From IMG/VR virus record IMGVR_UViG_3300021476_000005, positions 1 to 47,637 of that record: 47,637 bases of DNA, one strand, 5' to 3'. The stretch's first letter is position 1. The number at the start of each line of letters is the position of its first letter. This document shows, one piece after another, positions 24,458-34,853 of the stretch. The translations under genes and the position numbers were made by a program. A model generated the notes under the pieces. That model ran no database searches, was not told the origin of the DNA, and saw only the letters and a program-made list of their open reading frames with translations. The stretch comes from a virus. Taxonomy: Duplodnaviria; Caudoviricetes.

Positions 24458-27400
24458 TCAAAACTTCACCCGCCCCCGACCACTGCTTGGCCGCTGGGGC
24501 TTGCCGACGAGCTTTCCGATGGCCCCACGGCCCAGCGACCCCGCTAGAACCTCTCCCATTCCACCGGCAGACTTTTGCGCGTCGTAGCGAGCCAGGGCTT
24601 TCTTGCCTTCGGCCCAGTTGTAAGCGCCAACGGTCGCGTTGCGGGTGGATAGCCCGATGGTCATGAGCCACGACAGCGCGGGTACTCCTTCGCCCAGTTG
24701 GGTGAGATTTTGCACGTTCCCGTTGTACAGGCCATCGACCACTCCCTCGAACAGGCCCGTCGCGTGTTGAACGGCGAACGCGGCAAACTCAGTGTCGATG
24801 GCGCTGGCAAAGCGGTGGTCCCCGCTATAGAGCTTGTCGAACACCTCGACCATGCGCTTGGTGTCTTTGGTGCCAGCACCCAATGCCTCGCGCAGGCGAG
24901 AATGGGCATAGGAGTAGACCGGCATAAGCAGTCCCAAGTTCATCATCATGCGGGCGCGCCGTTGCCACGGCACGTCACGAGCGGTAAGTTCATGGGCCAC
25001 GAGTTGGGTGTAGGGGTAGAGGAAGTTCTTGAACTGCATCAGCAGGCGGAAGGTCGGGTGCTCGTAGAGGGCGGCGGGCATCGAGAGGGGGTCGAAACGG
25101 AAAAATGCCCAGTCGGCGGCGCGCACGCCCGCACGATTGCGGGCCACATCGAGGGCACCGCCCACGAGAGCACGATAGTTCTCAGCGGTCGCGTGCTCGT
25201 TGCCAAGCATTTCGTTGAGGGCCTTGATAGCCCGAGGGTCGTTGGCTTGGGCCTTTGGCAACAGGTCGTCGAACACGTTCTGACCCACGTGCCACGCAAC
25301 GGTGCGGCTGAAGTTCACCGTGGCATGCAGCGGCGTGGCCATCAAATCACCGAGCCTCGCTGGGATTGTTCGCCGCGTCTCGGCCACAGGGTCCACCGCT
25401 CCTTCGTAGTAGCGTTCTTTGGTCGAGCGCAAAATCGCCCCGAACCTCAGTGCCCCTTGGCGGTCGGCGGTGCTGGAATAGGTCTTGAGGGTTTGAAAGA
25501 ACCCCTTAGTAAACTGGCCCCACCCAAAGCGACTCGCGGTGAAGAAGTTCTGTGGAAGGTGATAGAGCCAGCTCAGTGAGAGGTACGTTCTATCTGCTTG
25601 CAACAGTGGGTTGAACCGGCTGTTTTGCATCCCGCTCGAAAGCAGGTTCCGGCCTCGCATGGCATCGAAAAAGTGCAGGACCTTTTGAGCGGCGGCGGTG
25701 CCGTGCTCCTCGCGGATATGGTCGAGGATAGCGGTTTGCCGCTCCATCTTGGTCCCAAAGGCGATGCGGTCGGCAATGAGTCTGTTCATGCGCGCGAAGG
25801 CGTGTCGCGCGGCGGCGCTCGCGTTGTCCGAATAGGCCAGGCCCCCTTTGCGGTCAAATTGGAGATTGGGAGCGATTGCCTCAGCGTGCTTGCGCCACTC
25901 GCCGAGCTTCGCCTCGACCTCGGTGCGAGACAGTGGAGCTTGTCCTCGGCTAACGCGAGACCTGTTCATTGTTTCAGTGGCCTGCTTCAGCTCGGCTTCG
26001 CGGTCGGTGGCGTTTTGCAACCCTACGAACGCCTGCCACGCAGAGTTGTGGTCGGTCCCGAGGCCGTTCTCGGTAAGGTCGTTGACGAAGCTGGCGACTA
26101 GCTTACCGTCGGCGCGGGAGAGAGTCTCGGTCAAGTCGTACCAATGCGGAACCCATCGACCGTTGACGCGCATGCCAACTTCGACATCAAGGTCACTTCC
26201 CTGCCGCATGCGAGTCTCACCAAGCTTACCGTAAGTTTCGTCCCACGCGCGCGCGCCGCTGACATCGGTGCCAGGCTCGATGGCCCGAGTTTTCCCATTC
26301 GGAGCGCGGCGGTCGAACTCTTTGCCCGCTGCCTCGGTTTCGGCATCGAGCGCGTTGAGCGTGTCGCGATAGACATAGGCGTGAGCAACTGTAACACGGC
26401 CCCACTTCCCCAGCCCGCCCAACCACTTTTCCATCGTGTGAAGCAGGGTCGTGTGTTGCATGTCGAAATGCGCCCATCGCTCGCCGGCGGTCAACGGCGC
26501 GTCGCTCCCATCTAATCCCACTCCCATGACCTGGTTGTAGTGGACCAACGGGTCGGTCGTGGGGTCGGGGGTGGCGGTGGCGGGGAGGCGGTTCGTTTGC
26601 ACCGCTCGCTCGATTTCGTGGGCTGTTCGCCAAATCTCCGCACGCTCGTTGGTCAGATGGGCGAGGCCAGCGGCGGCGGCGTTGGAGTCGGGGTAGGTGA
26701 GGCGGGTTCGTTTGCCGAGCAAATTGACCGCCACCCGAACGCGGCCATCGGGGTGTCGTTCAACCGGTCCGTGGCCAAGGGACTTGGCAAAATCAGCTAG
26801 AAGGTCCGTGGTCGGGTCGAGCACCTGCCAGGGGGACGTGGGGTCAATTGCCCCACGAGGTCCTTTGCGGCGCGCCGCGAGCGCCTCGTTGACCAAGCGC
26901 CCAAACTTCCGCTCGTAATCAGCTTGGGCGTCGGCGCTAGCCAGCCCCGCTTTCAATAGCCGTGCTTCACTTGCGGTAGTCCCATAGCGAATTCTATGAT
27001 GCCGAGTCTCGCGGAGCATTCGCTCAACGTGTTCGTGGAAGGTTGGGATGGCGCCCATTTCGGGGTGCGTGAGACGGTTGGCAGGCGTGCGCAAGCGTTC
27101 AGCCTCAAAGTCGTCGATGGGTGCTCCTGGGTCGTTCCCAGTCCCATATGTGAAAACTGGTGGAGCCTCCACCACCCGTTCCACGGGTGGGGTCGAGCCT
27201 TCGGTGGGGGTTCCCACTCGAATTCTCTCGTGCTCCGCCGCGACGGCTGCGGTTCGCAGGGTCGGAACATCGGGGGGGTTGTCGAACAGGTGACTCTCGG
27301 CCTCTGCCCCTAGCTTTGCGGTGTCGGTAAAGTCAAACGTTGGCTCGTCGGGCGCGAGGGGCTTGGCAAGCTCGCCCATGCTCCCCTTGGTTTCGACTCG

Positions 27401-29926
27401 CGTCACTGTGCCTGCGACGCGACCCTGCGATAGCGTCGTCGTGCCGTCGCCTTGGTCGTGGGCACGGAGAATTGACCCGTCGGTGTCTTGCATCGAGGAG
27501 CGAGGGGTGGTGTGGGGGAGTTCTTCGCCGCGTCGCAGTCCCTCGAACCCTTCGGGCCATTCGGCGACGAGACGGGCGAGAAGCTGCTGGAGGCGCAGAG
27601 TCTCGGGGTCGTTACCGTGGCCAGAATCGTGGAGGTCAAGCAGATGCTGGCCAAGCACGTTCTCCGCAGCGCGCGCGGCCTCGGGGGTCAGGCGAGGGTC
27701 ATCGGGGGAGAGATGACCGACTTGCCCCACTACCTCTCCCCACCATCGCTTGCCCCGTTGGCCCTTGCCCGCGCGGGTACGGTTGTTTATCCATTCGTCA
27801 AGTTCGCTCGTGGGGAGCTTTTTGCCCACCTGGGGCGTGAGCTTCACACTGTCGTGCAAGGTCTGAATGAACGAGGGCGCGGGTGGAAAGGCCATCTCGG
27901 CAGGAATCGGAGTTGGGGAGTAGGCAGCGAGATTCTCGTTCTGGGCCTCGGGAGTTTGTTTGACCTTGTGGGAGCGATAGGTGTCACTAGTGTCGGTGGG
28001 AACGGCAGTGGGGGAGGTCTCGGTCGAAGGCGACACGAGAACTTTTTCTTGCGTCGCTGGCACGAGCACCGGAACCTCACCGGTGTTCGTGGCCTCGGCG
28101 TCCATCCACGGGTGGTTGTGGCTGTGGGTCGCGGTGCCGCTTTGAATCGGCACGAAGCCTTTTTCTTTCAGACCCCCAGGTCCATCGACGATGTCATCAG
28201 CGGCGGCGGCGAAGGTGGCGGGGGGTGGGGCGGTGGGGCCTTGGTGGAGCGTTTTCGCAGCCGCTAGCTCGTTAGGTAAAAAGAACTCATTTGTCGGGTC
28301 AGCCGAAAACTTTGCGGCCTCGGGTCGATTAGAAACACGGTACTTCTCTAAATCTGCTGTTGGAACATCAACACGCATGACAACGGGTTTCTGTTCACGT
28401 GGAATGTCCTGTAAATAGAAATCTAACAGCTTTGGGTCTTGGACCCACCACTTACCTGTGGCTGCGCGTGCGGCTTGGTATGTCGGGTCCGTTTTCATCC
28501 ATTCTGGGACACCTTTCCCTGCTACCGATGGTTCGGCCCGATATAAAGTAGTTGTCGATGGGGCCTCGGCTTTGACGAGAACCGGCTCAACGCGGGTAAA
28601 GGGAGCGTCAATTTTGCCCTTAGGGGCGGTCGAAACGCCAATGCTTTCGGGGCTCGGCAGCTTGGGTCTAGGTGTCGGGGGCGGGCCACCGCGTCTCAAC
28701 ATGTTGAGCTGAAGCTCCGTGCCGCTGGCCGATAGAATTCGGCTTTCGCCCCGCTGGACCGACTTGTTCAGGTCCCTAATCTCGGCCCCAGTTCGCAGTG
28801 CGAGCGTTTTCTCACCGTCGGCCCCCAAGGTCCGAACGACCAACGTCTCGGCGGTGGGTTCGATGGTGAAGGTGGGAGTGCCGTAGGCGCGGTCGGTCAG
28901 CAGCGTCCCGAGGTCGGTTTGAGCGAGTTTGGGATTTTTGTCCAGCGTCGCTTTGGCGAGCTGTCGTTCGTAGGGTGAGGCGTTGTCTTGGAGCAGGTTC
29001 CAGACCGCTGTCGCCGATTGCTTGGGGTTGATGCCAGCGTCGCGGGAAATGGCCCGCGCGATGGCGGTGGCGTGGGCAGCTTGCGCGCCCAGGTACGGTG
29101 CAGCCTGTTGAACACGCTTCGTGGCGGGGTGAGAGGTAAGTTTGCCCAGTGCTAGGCCAAAGACAATCCCTGCTCCCGCTGTTTCGAGGTACTGGGACAG
29201 GGGGACATTCGCCTCGTCTTGCAGCCGTTGGCGGGCGAGTTCGGACTCCCCTATTACCGTCGCTTGTGCCGCCATGCTCGCATAGTGGGTCACGGTGCGG
29301 CGCGCCGCGAGCCTGCGGGTCACGCCCTGAATCTCGGCTATAATAGGGTCCTCGGTCGCGCGCGCGGCCATTTCACCGGCCCCCAACGCCCGCACCACCC
29401 CACCCATTGCCAGGCCACCTAGACCAAACTCGACGAAGGCAATGGGAATCGCCGTCACGCCCGCTAGAACCGCACGGCCCATTGGCGACTGTGCAACTGC
29501 GTCGTGGATGCGCTGCTTGCGCACGGTGAATGGTTCGACCTCGACCCGTGACCCTTCGGCAGTAAAGGCCCCAGCGCGTTCCTCGGCCTCGTACTCGGCG
29601 CGAAGCGCTGGTTTGTCACGCTCGAAGTCGCCGCTGTGCCGGAATGGGTTCGACATCAGCGGCGCGGCTACCGCTTCACCCGCTTCGAGAACCCGATTCT
29701 CACTCGGCGTAAGCTGGCCTGTGTAGGCCGAGGCCGCCTCGCTGGCCCCTGGTATCATGCCGAGGGCGAAGCGGTCCACGGCTAGACCTGCGGACTCAAG
29801 GGGCGAGGGAAACGACGGTGGGGCTTGTGCCGCGTAGGCGGTAAAAGGATTGGTAGTTTCACCGTTTGGTGAAACTCGCGAGGCTTTTTTACTCCCTGCG
29901 TAGTCCAAAAAGGGGTTCGAGGGCAA
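24458..29926 (-). CDS. Giant internal virion/DNA-ejection protein (1822 aa) with an embedded ART-like module
   Basis: Last gene of the structural operon; NPF repeats at the N-terminus; helical Ala-rich body; LMQFKNF motif near the C-terminus, as in podoviral large ejection proteins. Confidence 0.8.
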   Translation of the reverse strand: MPSNPFLDYAGSKKASRVSPNGETTNPFTAYAAQAPPSFPSPLESAGLAVDRFALGMIPGASEAASAYTGQLTPSENRVLEAGEAVAAPLMSNPFRHSGDFERDKPALRAEYEAEERAGAFTAEGSRVEVEPFTVRKQRIHDAVAQSPMGRAVLAGVTAIPIAFVEFGLGGLAMGGVVRALGAGEMAARATEDPIIAEIQGVTRRLAARRTVTHYASMAAQATVIGESELARQRLQDEANVPLSQYLETAGAGIVFGLALGKLTSHPATKRVQQAAPYLGAQAAHATAIARAISRDAGINPKQSATAVWNLLQDNASPYERQLAKATLDKNPKLAQTDLGTLLTDRAYGTPTFTIEPTAETLVVRTLGADGEKTLALRTGAEIRDLNKSVQRGESRILSASGTELQLNMLRRGGPPPTPRPKLPSPESIGVSTAPKGKIDAPFTRVEPVLVKAEAPSTTTLYRAEPSVAGKGVPEWMKTDPTYQAARAATGKWWVQDPKLLDFYLQDIPREQKPVVMRVDVPTADLEKYRVSNRPEAAKFSADPTNEFFLPNELAAAKTLHQGPTAPPPATFAAAADDIVDGPGGLKEKGFVPIQSGTATHSHNHPWMDAEATNTGEVPVLVPATQEKVLVSPSTETSPTAVPTDTSDTYRSHKVKQTPEAQNENLAAYSPTPIPAEMAFPPAPSFIQTLHDSVKLTPQVGKKLPTSELDEWINNRTRAGKGQRGKRWWGEVVGQVGHLSPDDPRLTPEAARAAENVLGQHLLDLHDSGHGNDPETLRLQQLLARLVAEWPEGFEGLRRGEELPHTTPRSSMQDTDGSILRAHDQGDGTTTLSQGRVAGTVTRVETKGSMGELAKPLAPDEPTFDFTDTAKLGAEAESHLFDNPPDVPTLRTAAVAAEHERIRVGTPTEGSTPPVERVVEAPPVFTYGTGNDPGAPIDDFEAERLRTPANRLTHPEMGAIPTFHEHVERMLRETRHHRIRYGTTASEARLLKAGLASADAQADYERKFGRLVNEALAARRKGPRGAIDPTSPWQVLDPTTDLLADFAKSLGHGPVERHPDGRVRVAVNLLGKRTRLTYPDSNAAAAGLAHLTNERAEIWRTAHEIERAVQTNRLPATATPDPTTDPLVHYNQVMGVGLDGSDAPLTAGERWAHFDMQHTTLLHTMEKWLGGLGKWGRVTVAHAYVYRDTLNALDAETEAAGKEFDRRAPNGKTRAIEPGTDVSGARAWDETYGKLGETRMRQGSDLDVEVGMRVNGRWVPHWYDLTETLSRADGKLVASFVNDLTENGLGTDHNSAWQAFVGLQNATDREAELKQATETMNRSRVSRGQAPLSRTEVEAKLGEWRKHAEAIAPNLQFDRKGGLAYSDNASAAARHAFARMNRLIADRIAFGTKMERQTAILDHIREEHGTAAAQKVLHFFDAMRGRNLLSSGMQNSRFNPLLQADRTYLSLSWLYHLPQNFFTASRFGWGQFTKGFFQTLKTYSSTADRQGALRFGAILRSTKERYYEGAVDPVAETRRTIPARLGDLMATPLHATVNFSRTVAWHVGQNVFDDLLPKAQANDPRAIKALNEMLGNEHATAENYRALVGGALDVARNRAGVRAADWAFFRFDPLSMPAALYEHPTFRLLMQFKNFLYPYTQLVAHELTARDVPWQRRARMMMNLGLLMPVYSYAHSRLREALGAGTKDTKRMVEVFDKLYSGDHRFASAIDTEFAAFAVQHATGLFEGVVDGLYNGNVQNLTQLGEGVPALSWLMTIGLSTRNATVGAYNWAEGKKALARYDAQKSAGGMGEVLAGSLGRGAIGKLVGKPQRPSSGRGRVKF

Positions 29927-29938
29927 GGTCGTAGTTCC

Positions 29939-31201
29939 TTATTTATCGTCGTCTTTGTAGTTGCTTTCGGGATTATCTGGGGCATTCGCTGTGGCCGTTG
30001 GGCTGTCGTCGTCGCCGAACACGGGCTTGGCCTGAGTTGCTTTGAACGCCTCTAAATTGTCCGCGTACACCCCACGTGGTTGCCCCTTGTTGTCGAGCAA
30101 CGAAGCTTGAATAGCCTTAGTTAGGCCGGTCATGAGCTGACCGGCTTGGAACGCCATTTCTTGGGGAGTCCCAGGTTTGACCTTATTGTCAGGGGTCAGA
30201 AACTCGCCGAGGCTATGGACTTTGCCCGTGTCGGCCTCGGTGAATAGCACCGAGTCTTTGTTCGCCATAATAGCGTCGGTGGCGGCTTGGGCGAGGGACT
30301 TTTTGCCCTGTAGCAGGTCAGCGTCGTAAGCTACCACGGGGGCCAGGTTCATATCAATTTGACCGACGGTCGCACCGACTTGCTCCGGTGACATACCCCC
30401 TTTGTCGAGGTCTTTGAGCAAGGCAGTGTTCAACGATGGCATCGCTGTCATAGCTGTGCGCTGAAACAGCTTCGTGTGCGCATCGGTAGCTGCGGTCATG
30501 GTTTTGAGGAACGTCCCCTGGAGCTTTTCGGTCGCGCGACCGGAAGTCGCATCCGCCATGATATGAGCACGTCGTAGGCTAAAGCGACCAGCAATTTTTG
30601 TCGCCTCGATGCGAGCGTCCTTGTTAATCTTCGCCACGGCTTCGTGACCAGCGACTTCTGCCCCTGTCGTTCGCTCCTTGACCGTTTGCTCTCGCTGGCC
30701 CGTGGCGGGGTCAATGCCAAAGTTAGTCGCGCGGTTCTCGGCAATAGCGGTAGATTGGGACATGCGAGCGAGCGCCTGTGGGTCAGACGCCTTAATCAAA
30801 CTTTCGACCATGCCAAGGGTATTGGGGTCGCCGCTCGACAGACCCATGCCGAGCATTTGTTGGGAATTCAACCGGCCTGCGGCGTAACCTTGGCCGAGCA
30901 GTTTCAGCGACTGTGACGCTTGCCGTTGGCGCCCGATGTCCGCGAGGCGGCTTTTCGCCGTCTCGCTATCGATGCCCTGTTGCTTCAACCACTTGCTGTC
31001 CTTCAGGTGCTGCTCGGCATCGGAGATGTAAACGGGGTCGCCAGCCGAAATTTGCTTGTCAAGCTCGGCGAGATTGTGCGCCCGCTGCCGCTCACGGTTG
31101 ATTGACGGAAGCTGGACCAGCGCTGCGATGAGCGCTGGAATGCCTCCAAGGGTAATGCGCGGCTCGTACGGGCCGCGTGGGAAGTCACTTTGCTGTGGCA
31201 T
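29939..31201 (-). CDS. Internal virion (ejection) protein
   Basis: Ala/Gln-rich and helical; between the small and giant internal proteins. Confidence 0.7.
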   Translation of the reverse strand: MPQQSDFPRGPYEPRITLGGIPALIAALVQLPSINRERQRAHNLAELDKQISAGDPVYISDAEQHLKDSKWLKQQGIDSETAKSRLADIGRQRQASQSLKLLGQGYAAGRLNSQQMLGMGLSSGDPNTLGMVESLIKASDPQALARMSQSTAIAENRATNFGIDPATGQREQTVKERTTGAEVAGHEAVAKINKDARIEATKIAGRFSLRRAHIMADATSGRATEKLQGTFLKTMTAATDAHTKLFQRTAMTAMPSLNTALLKDLDKGGMSPEQVGATVGQIDMNLAPVVAYDADLLQGKKSLAQAATDAIMANKDSVLFTEADTGKVHSLGEFLTPDNKVKPGTPQEMAFQAGQLMTGLTKAIQASLLDNKGQPRGVYADNLEAFKATQAKPVFGDDDSPTATANAPDNPESNYKDDDK

Positions 31202-31211
31202 TGAATTTTAC

Positions 31212-31760
31212 CTACGGTCCCCCGCCCCCACCTCCACCCGCACCGCCGCCAACTGAATACGAGATAGAATTTCCGGCAGCACTGATGATGGTATTGAGAA
31301 GGGACCCGAAATCAAATCCCGATGAACTTGTCGTGGTCCGGTCGAGGGCAGCGGCCTGGGTACCAGCGTTGAGGCCCGTTGAGGCAACGTTCTCCGCGAA
31401 CCCAGGAGCCATCGAGATGAACTGCATCGCGAGGTCGGTCGGAATGTTGGCAGTCGTTTGATTGAGCTGACCGGCCAGCGACGCGAGCACGCCTTGCGAA
31501 AGGGGGTCATTGCCGAGGTTGGCACTGCCGAGCATGTTGCGGGCATTTTGCATGCTGGCGTTGCCAGCTTCACGCGAGCGTGAGACAGCGTTTTGTATAA
31601 TCGGCATCTGGGCGCCGATACCGCCAGTGCGAAGGGCCTCTTCCATCTGGCCAAATAACATGGTCAGCAACGGTTGTGCGAGTGATTCCAGCGACAACCC
31701 CCGCTGGGCCAACAACCCCGCGTACGGCGAACTAGTTGTGCTGGTGCTTGACGGTCCCAT
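31212..31760 (-). CDS. Small internal virion/pilot protein
   Basis: MGPSSTSTTSSPY..., Gly/Ala/Ser-rich; typical first ejection protein after the GNAT. Confidence 0.7.
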   Translation of the reverse strand: MGPSSTSTTSSPYAGLLAQRGLSLESLAQPLLTMLFGQMEEALRTGGIGAQMPIIQNAVSRSREAGNASMQNARNMLGSANLGNDPLSQGVLASLAGQLNQTTANIPTDLAMQFISMAPGFAENVASTGLNAGTQAAALDRTTTSSSGFDFGSLLNTIISAAGNSISYSVGGGAGGGGGGGP

Positions 31761-32220
31761 TTTCGTTAAACCCACTTGGCAACTTGAACGTGGCGGCGGT
31801 CACGAAGTACATCGAGAGGCCAACGGGCGGGATAGTTCCCACGAGCGTGAACCCGAGCCTCTCGACCAACCGCCGAACGTGCGCTTGCCTCGTATAGCAT
31901 ATCACAGTTGAGAGAAAAGGTAAAGTGGCCCCGAGCGAAGCGACCAGCACCCCAGCGACGGTGCGGTTGTGTCGCCAGCCCCGCCCCACCCACACCCCCA
32001 CCTCGGCCCCATCGAACCAGGGCGTGAACCACAGTGCGGCTTTGAGGCCGGTTGGGCCGCAAAGCATGAGCAAGTGACGTGGCAGGGTGAAAAAGTCCAC
32101 GAACGCCGCATCGGCGAGTGGACCAAACACCTGCTCGTACTCACCATCGGCGAGCAGGGTCTCGCGCCAGCGTTCGACAAGTGCGACATGATAGAGGTTG
32201 TGACGTTTGAAGGCTTCCAC
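31732..32220 (-). CDS. GNAT-fold acetyltransferase-like protein
   Basis: GVWVGRGWR and RRLVERLGFTLVG motifs; GTG 32220 with AGGAG; conserved podoviral position. Confidence 0.65.
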   Translation of the reverse strand: MEAFKRHNLYHVALVERWRETLLADGEYEQVFGPLADAAFVDFFTLPRHLLMLCGPTGLKAALWFTPWFDGAEVGVWVGRGWRHNRTVAGVLVASLGATLPFLSTVICYTRQAHVRRLVERLGFTLVGTIPPVGLSMYFVTAATFKLPSGFNENGTVKHQHN

Positions 32221-32228
32221 GGTTCTCC

Positions 32229-34850
32229 TTAGCTCCCACTGCCCAGCAACGCTTCGACGGCAAACACCTCGACAAGTCCCGTGGTTAGCGCAGCGGTAAA
32301 GCGAAACGAGAGTGCTTGAGCGGCGAAGCGGGGGGTGAATTCGAGTCGTTGGCGGCTGGTGGTCACGAGCGGGGGTAGGGTAAAGACCCCTGGTCCCACC
32401 AACGTCCACGTCACCGTGTTGTCGGTGGTCGAGCTTCCAATCGTTGTGCTCCACACAGGGGCTTTGGGACTGCCGCTGGTTCCGCCGCCTGACACTTGGA
32501 CATTGCCGTTGGAGTCCTGTATTTTGGTGCCGATGGCGTAGGCCGTGCTCGCTGCCCACTTCGGCAACAAATCGGCGTCGTTGACCAGCACCGTGACCGT
32601 GACCGTTTGCCCGTTGGTGTTGAGGTCAAAGACCAACCGTGAGACCGTAGTCGAGATGTCCTCGGCCAGTAGCGTCCCACCGCATTGGGCCTCGAACGGA
32701 ATGGCTACGCCGTTGTCGGTGAAAAAGCCTGGGACCTCAAAGTAGACAATGCTGCCCGCTAGATTCCCGTGGGCTTGTTCGAGAGTCTCGTCGTAGCAGA
32801 GGCTCGCGGTCGCGATGCCCAGCGCCCGCCACGCTCGGGTATCTTCGTGCAAGGCAAACGTGTTCGTGAGCCCGTCGCTGAACCAGAACTCCCCTTTGGT
32901 ATAGATGCCGTAGTTCACAACCAGTGGGGTGTAGTCCTCGGAACTTTCGCCGCGAAACAGCAGTTCGATAGGTAAATCAATCGCCGTGGTCAAGAAGCCG
33001 TTGAACAAAACCATGCCCTCGGGGGCTTGCCAGGCGACGCCGTTTTTGCCCACCACGATGGAGAAGCCCGAGACTGTGCCTGGCATTCCGGTCACTTGAT
33101 AAAAGGTGTAGAGCAATGGCGAAGTGGCAACTTGCTGGACCACATAGCCGTGCTTGGCCCCAAGGACATAGAGCGAACCATTGAATATAAACAGACCTTG
33201 CAAACTATCGTCGGCATAGGACAGTTCGATGAAGTTCTCCGTGCTCTCGGGGCGACCGATGGCGGTGTAGTAGAGCCTCGATGGAAACGATGCACGGGTG
33301 AAGAACAAGCTCCCTTGGTATGGACCTGCCACCAACCCACCGTCCGCCGGAGGCGGTGTGTTGTCGGTCTGGAGCTGGGCGGGGTAGTTGCCGGAGTTCG
33401 ACCCCAAAACCGCTGGCTCATTCCCGCCGTTGGCGCCGAAGAAGTCCGCGACCGTATCGACGATGGTGGTCGTGGTGTTGTCACTGATAACTTGGTCAAA
33501 GAACAATGTGGTCTGATTGCCGAGGGACCGGTAGAGAATGCGGGCGTTGACCTGCGGGTCAGTGGATATGGGGATGTTCGACCAAATAAGCGGCTGGCGA
33601 ATGAGATTCGCAACGGTCGAATAGGCGTTGTTGACGAGGGGTTGGGGGTTCGAGACGCTGCCCGTGACGGTGTTCGCGAACACCACCGCCCCCTGATAGG
33701 TCCCGCTCATGCCCACGCCACCCTGCATCTCGATGTCATCTATCCAGACCGTCGCCCCATTGGTCTGGACGGCGATTTGGATTTTGATGCTCGTGATGTT
33801 GTTCCAGTTGGGGCTTCCCGAAATCTTGAAACTGCTCTTGGCAACGGTGATATTGTTCCACGAGAACTGGTTCGGGGGAACGGTGGTCGGAGCGTTGCCA
33901 AAGTAGAACGAGCCGCCAGGTCCGGCAAATTCAATTGAAATCTCGTAGGTATTGGCGACGTTGCTGGTCGCTGTCCAGAAGCTAATGAAGTCGCTGGTCG
34001 AGCTGACGTTGGGGCCGAAGTTTGTCCACACAACTGTGTTGTCGTGGGTCGTTTGGCCGTAGACCGTGGCGAACGTGGGAGGTCCCGCCATTGCGCTCGT
34101 GCCGCTGGTGGTGCACACTTGCACGTTGCCGTTGACATCGTGGATGCGCGAGCCTTGCCACGGTTCGGTGCCGTTGGCGGTGTAGGCGGTGTTCGCCACC
34201 CACACTGCCGCCGCGAACTGGGTGAGGTCCCACGAGACCGTGCTCTTGACCGTGACGTTGTAGATGTTCGCACCGATGGCAATTTTCAGCGACCCCGTAC
34301 CTTCCTCGAAGAAGCTCGCGTCGTTGGTGACGGTGGCGGAGCCGTTGGTCACGTTCCAACTCGCGGCGTCGGTGTCGAGGTTATCGATTTCGAGCTTTTC
34401 TTGGGGGCCGAGGGCGAGCGTGGGACCGGTCAACGGTGCCGCGATGCCCCAATTGGTCACGTTGCCGTTGGTGTCGGTCTTGCGCATCTTGCCGCCGTTG
34501 GAGATGAAAAGGTAGTCGGGGTCCTGGAGCTGCGGAGCCTGCTTGACGAACGACAACTTGTTGCCAGGGGTGTAGCCTGTGTCGATGATGGCGGTGTCCC
34601 GCAACAACAGCCCTTGGAAGGTCCCATAGTAATGGTGCTCAGTGAGGGCGGTTAACCCAAACGCGACGCATGAATTGGCGGGGGTGGAGGTCTGGAGCAA
34701 CTGGCAGCCGAAGCGGCTGCGCAGCGACATCGTGCGAAGTGGGTGGACCGCACCGGCACGGCGGAGACTACCGTCCGGTACGGCTTCGCGACCACCCACG
34801 ATGAACAGGCCCTTGTCGAACTGCTGCCAAAGTTTGCGCGAGGTTTTCAC
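32229..34850 (-). CDS. Tail nozzle/packaged-DNA stabilisation protein with inserted carbohydrate-binding-like modules
   Basis: 873 aa beta-rich; RLYYTAIGRPE propeller motif; two W-x-A-x-T-A-Y...D-x-N-G-N-V-Q-V...T-x-D-N-T-V-x-W-T repeats. Confidence 0.75.
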   Translation of the reverse strand: MKTSRKLWQQFDKGLFIVGGREAVPDGSLRRAGAVHPLRTMSLRSRFGCQLLQTSTPANSCVAFGLTALTEHHYYGTFQGLLLRDTAIIDTGYTPGNKLSFVKQAPQLQDPDYLFISNGGKMRKTDTNGNVTNWGIAAPLTGPTLALGPQEKLEIDNLDTDAASWNVTNGSATVTNDASFFEEGTGSLKIAIGANIYNVTVKSTVSWDLTQFAAAVWVANTAYTANGTEPWQGSRIHDVNGNVQVCTTSGTSAMAGPPTFATVYGQTTHDNTVVWTNFGPNVSSTSDFISFWTATSNVANTYEISIEFAGPGGSFYFGNAPTTVPPNQFSWNNITVAKSSFKISGSPNWNNITSIKIQIAVQTNGATVWIDDIEMQGGVGMSGTYQGAVVFANTVTGSVSNPQPLVNNAYSTVANLIRQPLIWSNIPISTDPQVNARILYRSLGNQTTLFFDQVISDNTTTTIVDTVADFFGANGGNEPAVLGSNSGNYPAQLQTDNTPPPADGGLVAGPYQGSLFFTRASFPSRLYYTAIGRPESTENFIELSYADDSLQGLFIFNGSLYVLGAKHGYVVQQVATSPLLYTFYQVTGMPGTVSGFSIVVGKNGVAWQAPEGMVLFNGFLTTAIDLPIELLFRGESSEDYTPLVVNYGIYTKGEFWFSDGLTNTFALHEDTRAWRALGIATASLCYDETLEQAHGNLAGSIVYFEVPGFFTDNGVAIPFEAQCGGTLLAEDISTTVSRLVFDLNTNGQTVTVTVLVNDADLLPKWAASTAYAIGTKIQDSNGNVQVSGGGTSGSPKAPVWSTTIGSSTTDNTVTWTLVGPGVFTLPPLVTTSRQRLEFTPRFAAQALSFRFTAALTTGLVEVFAVEALLGSGS

Positions 34851-34853
34851 GCC

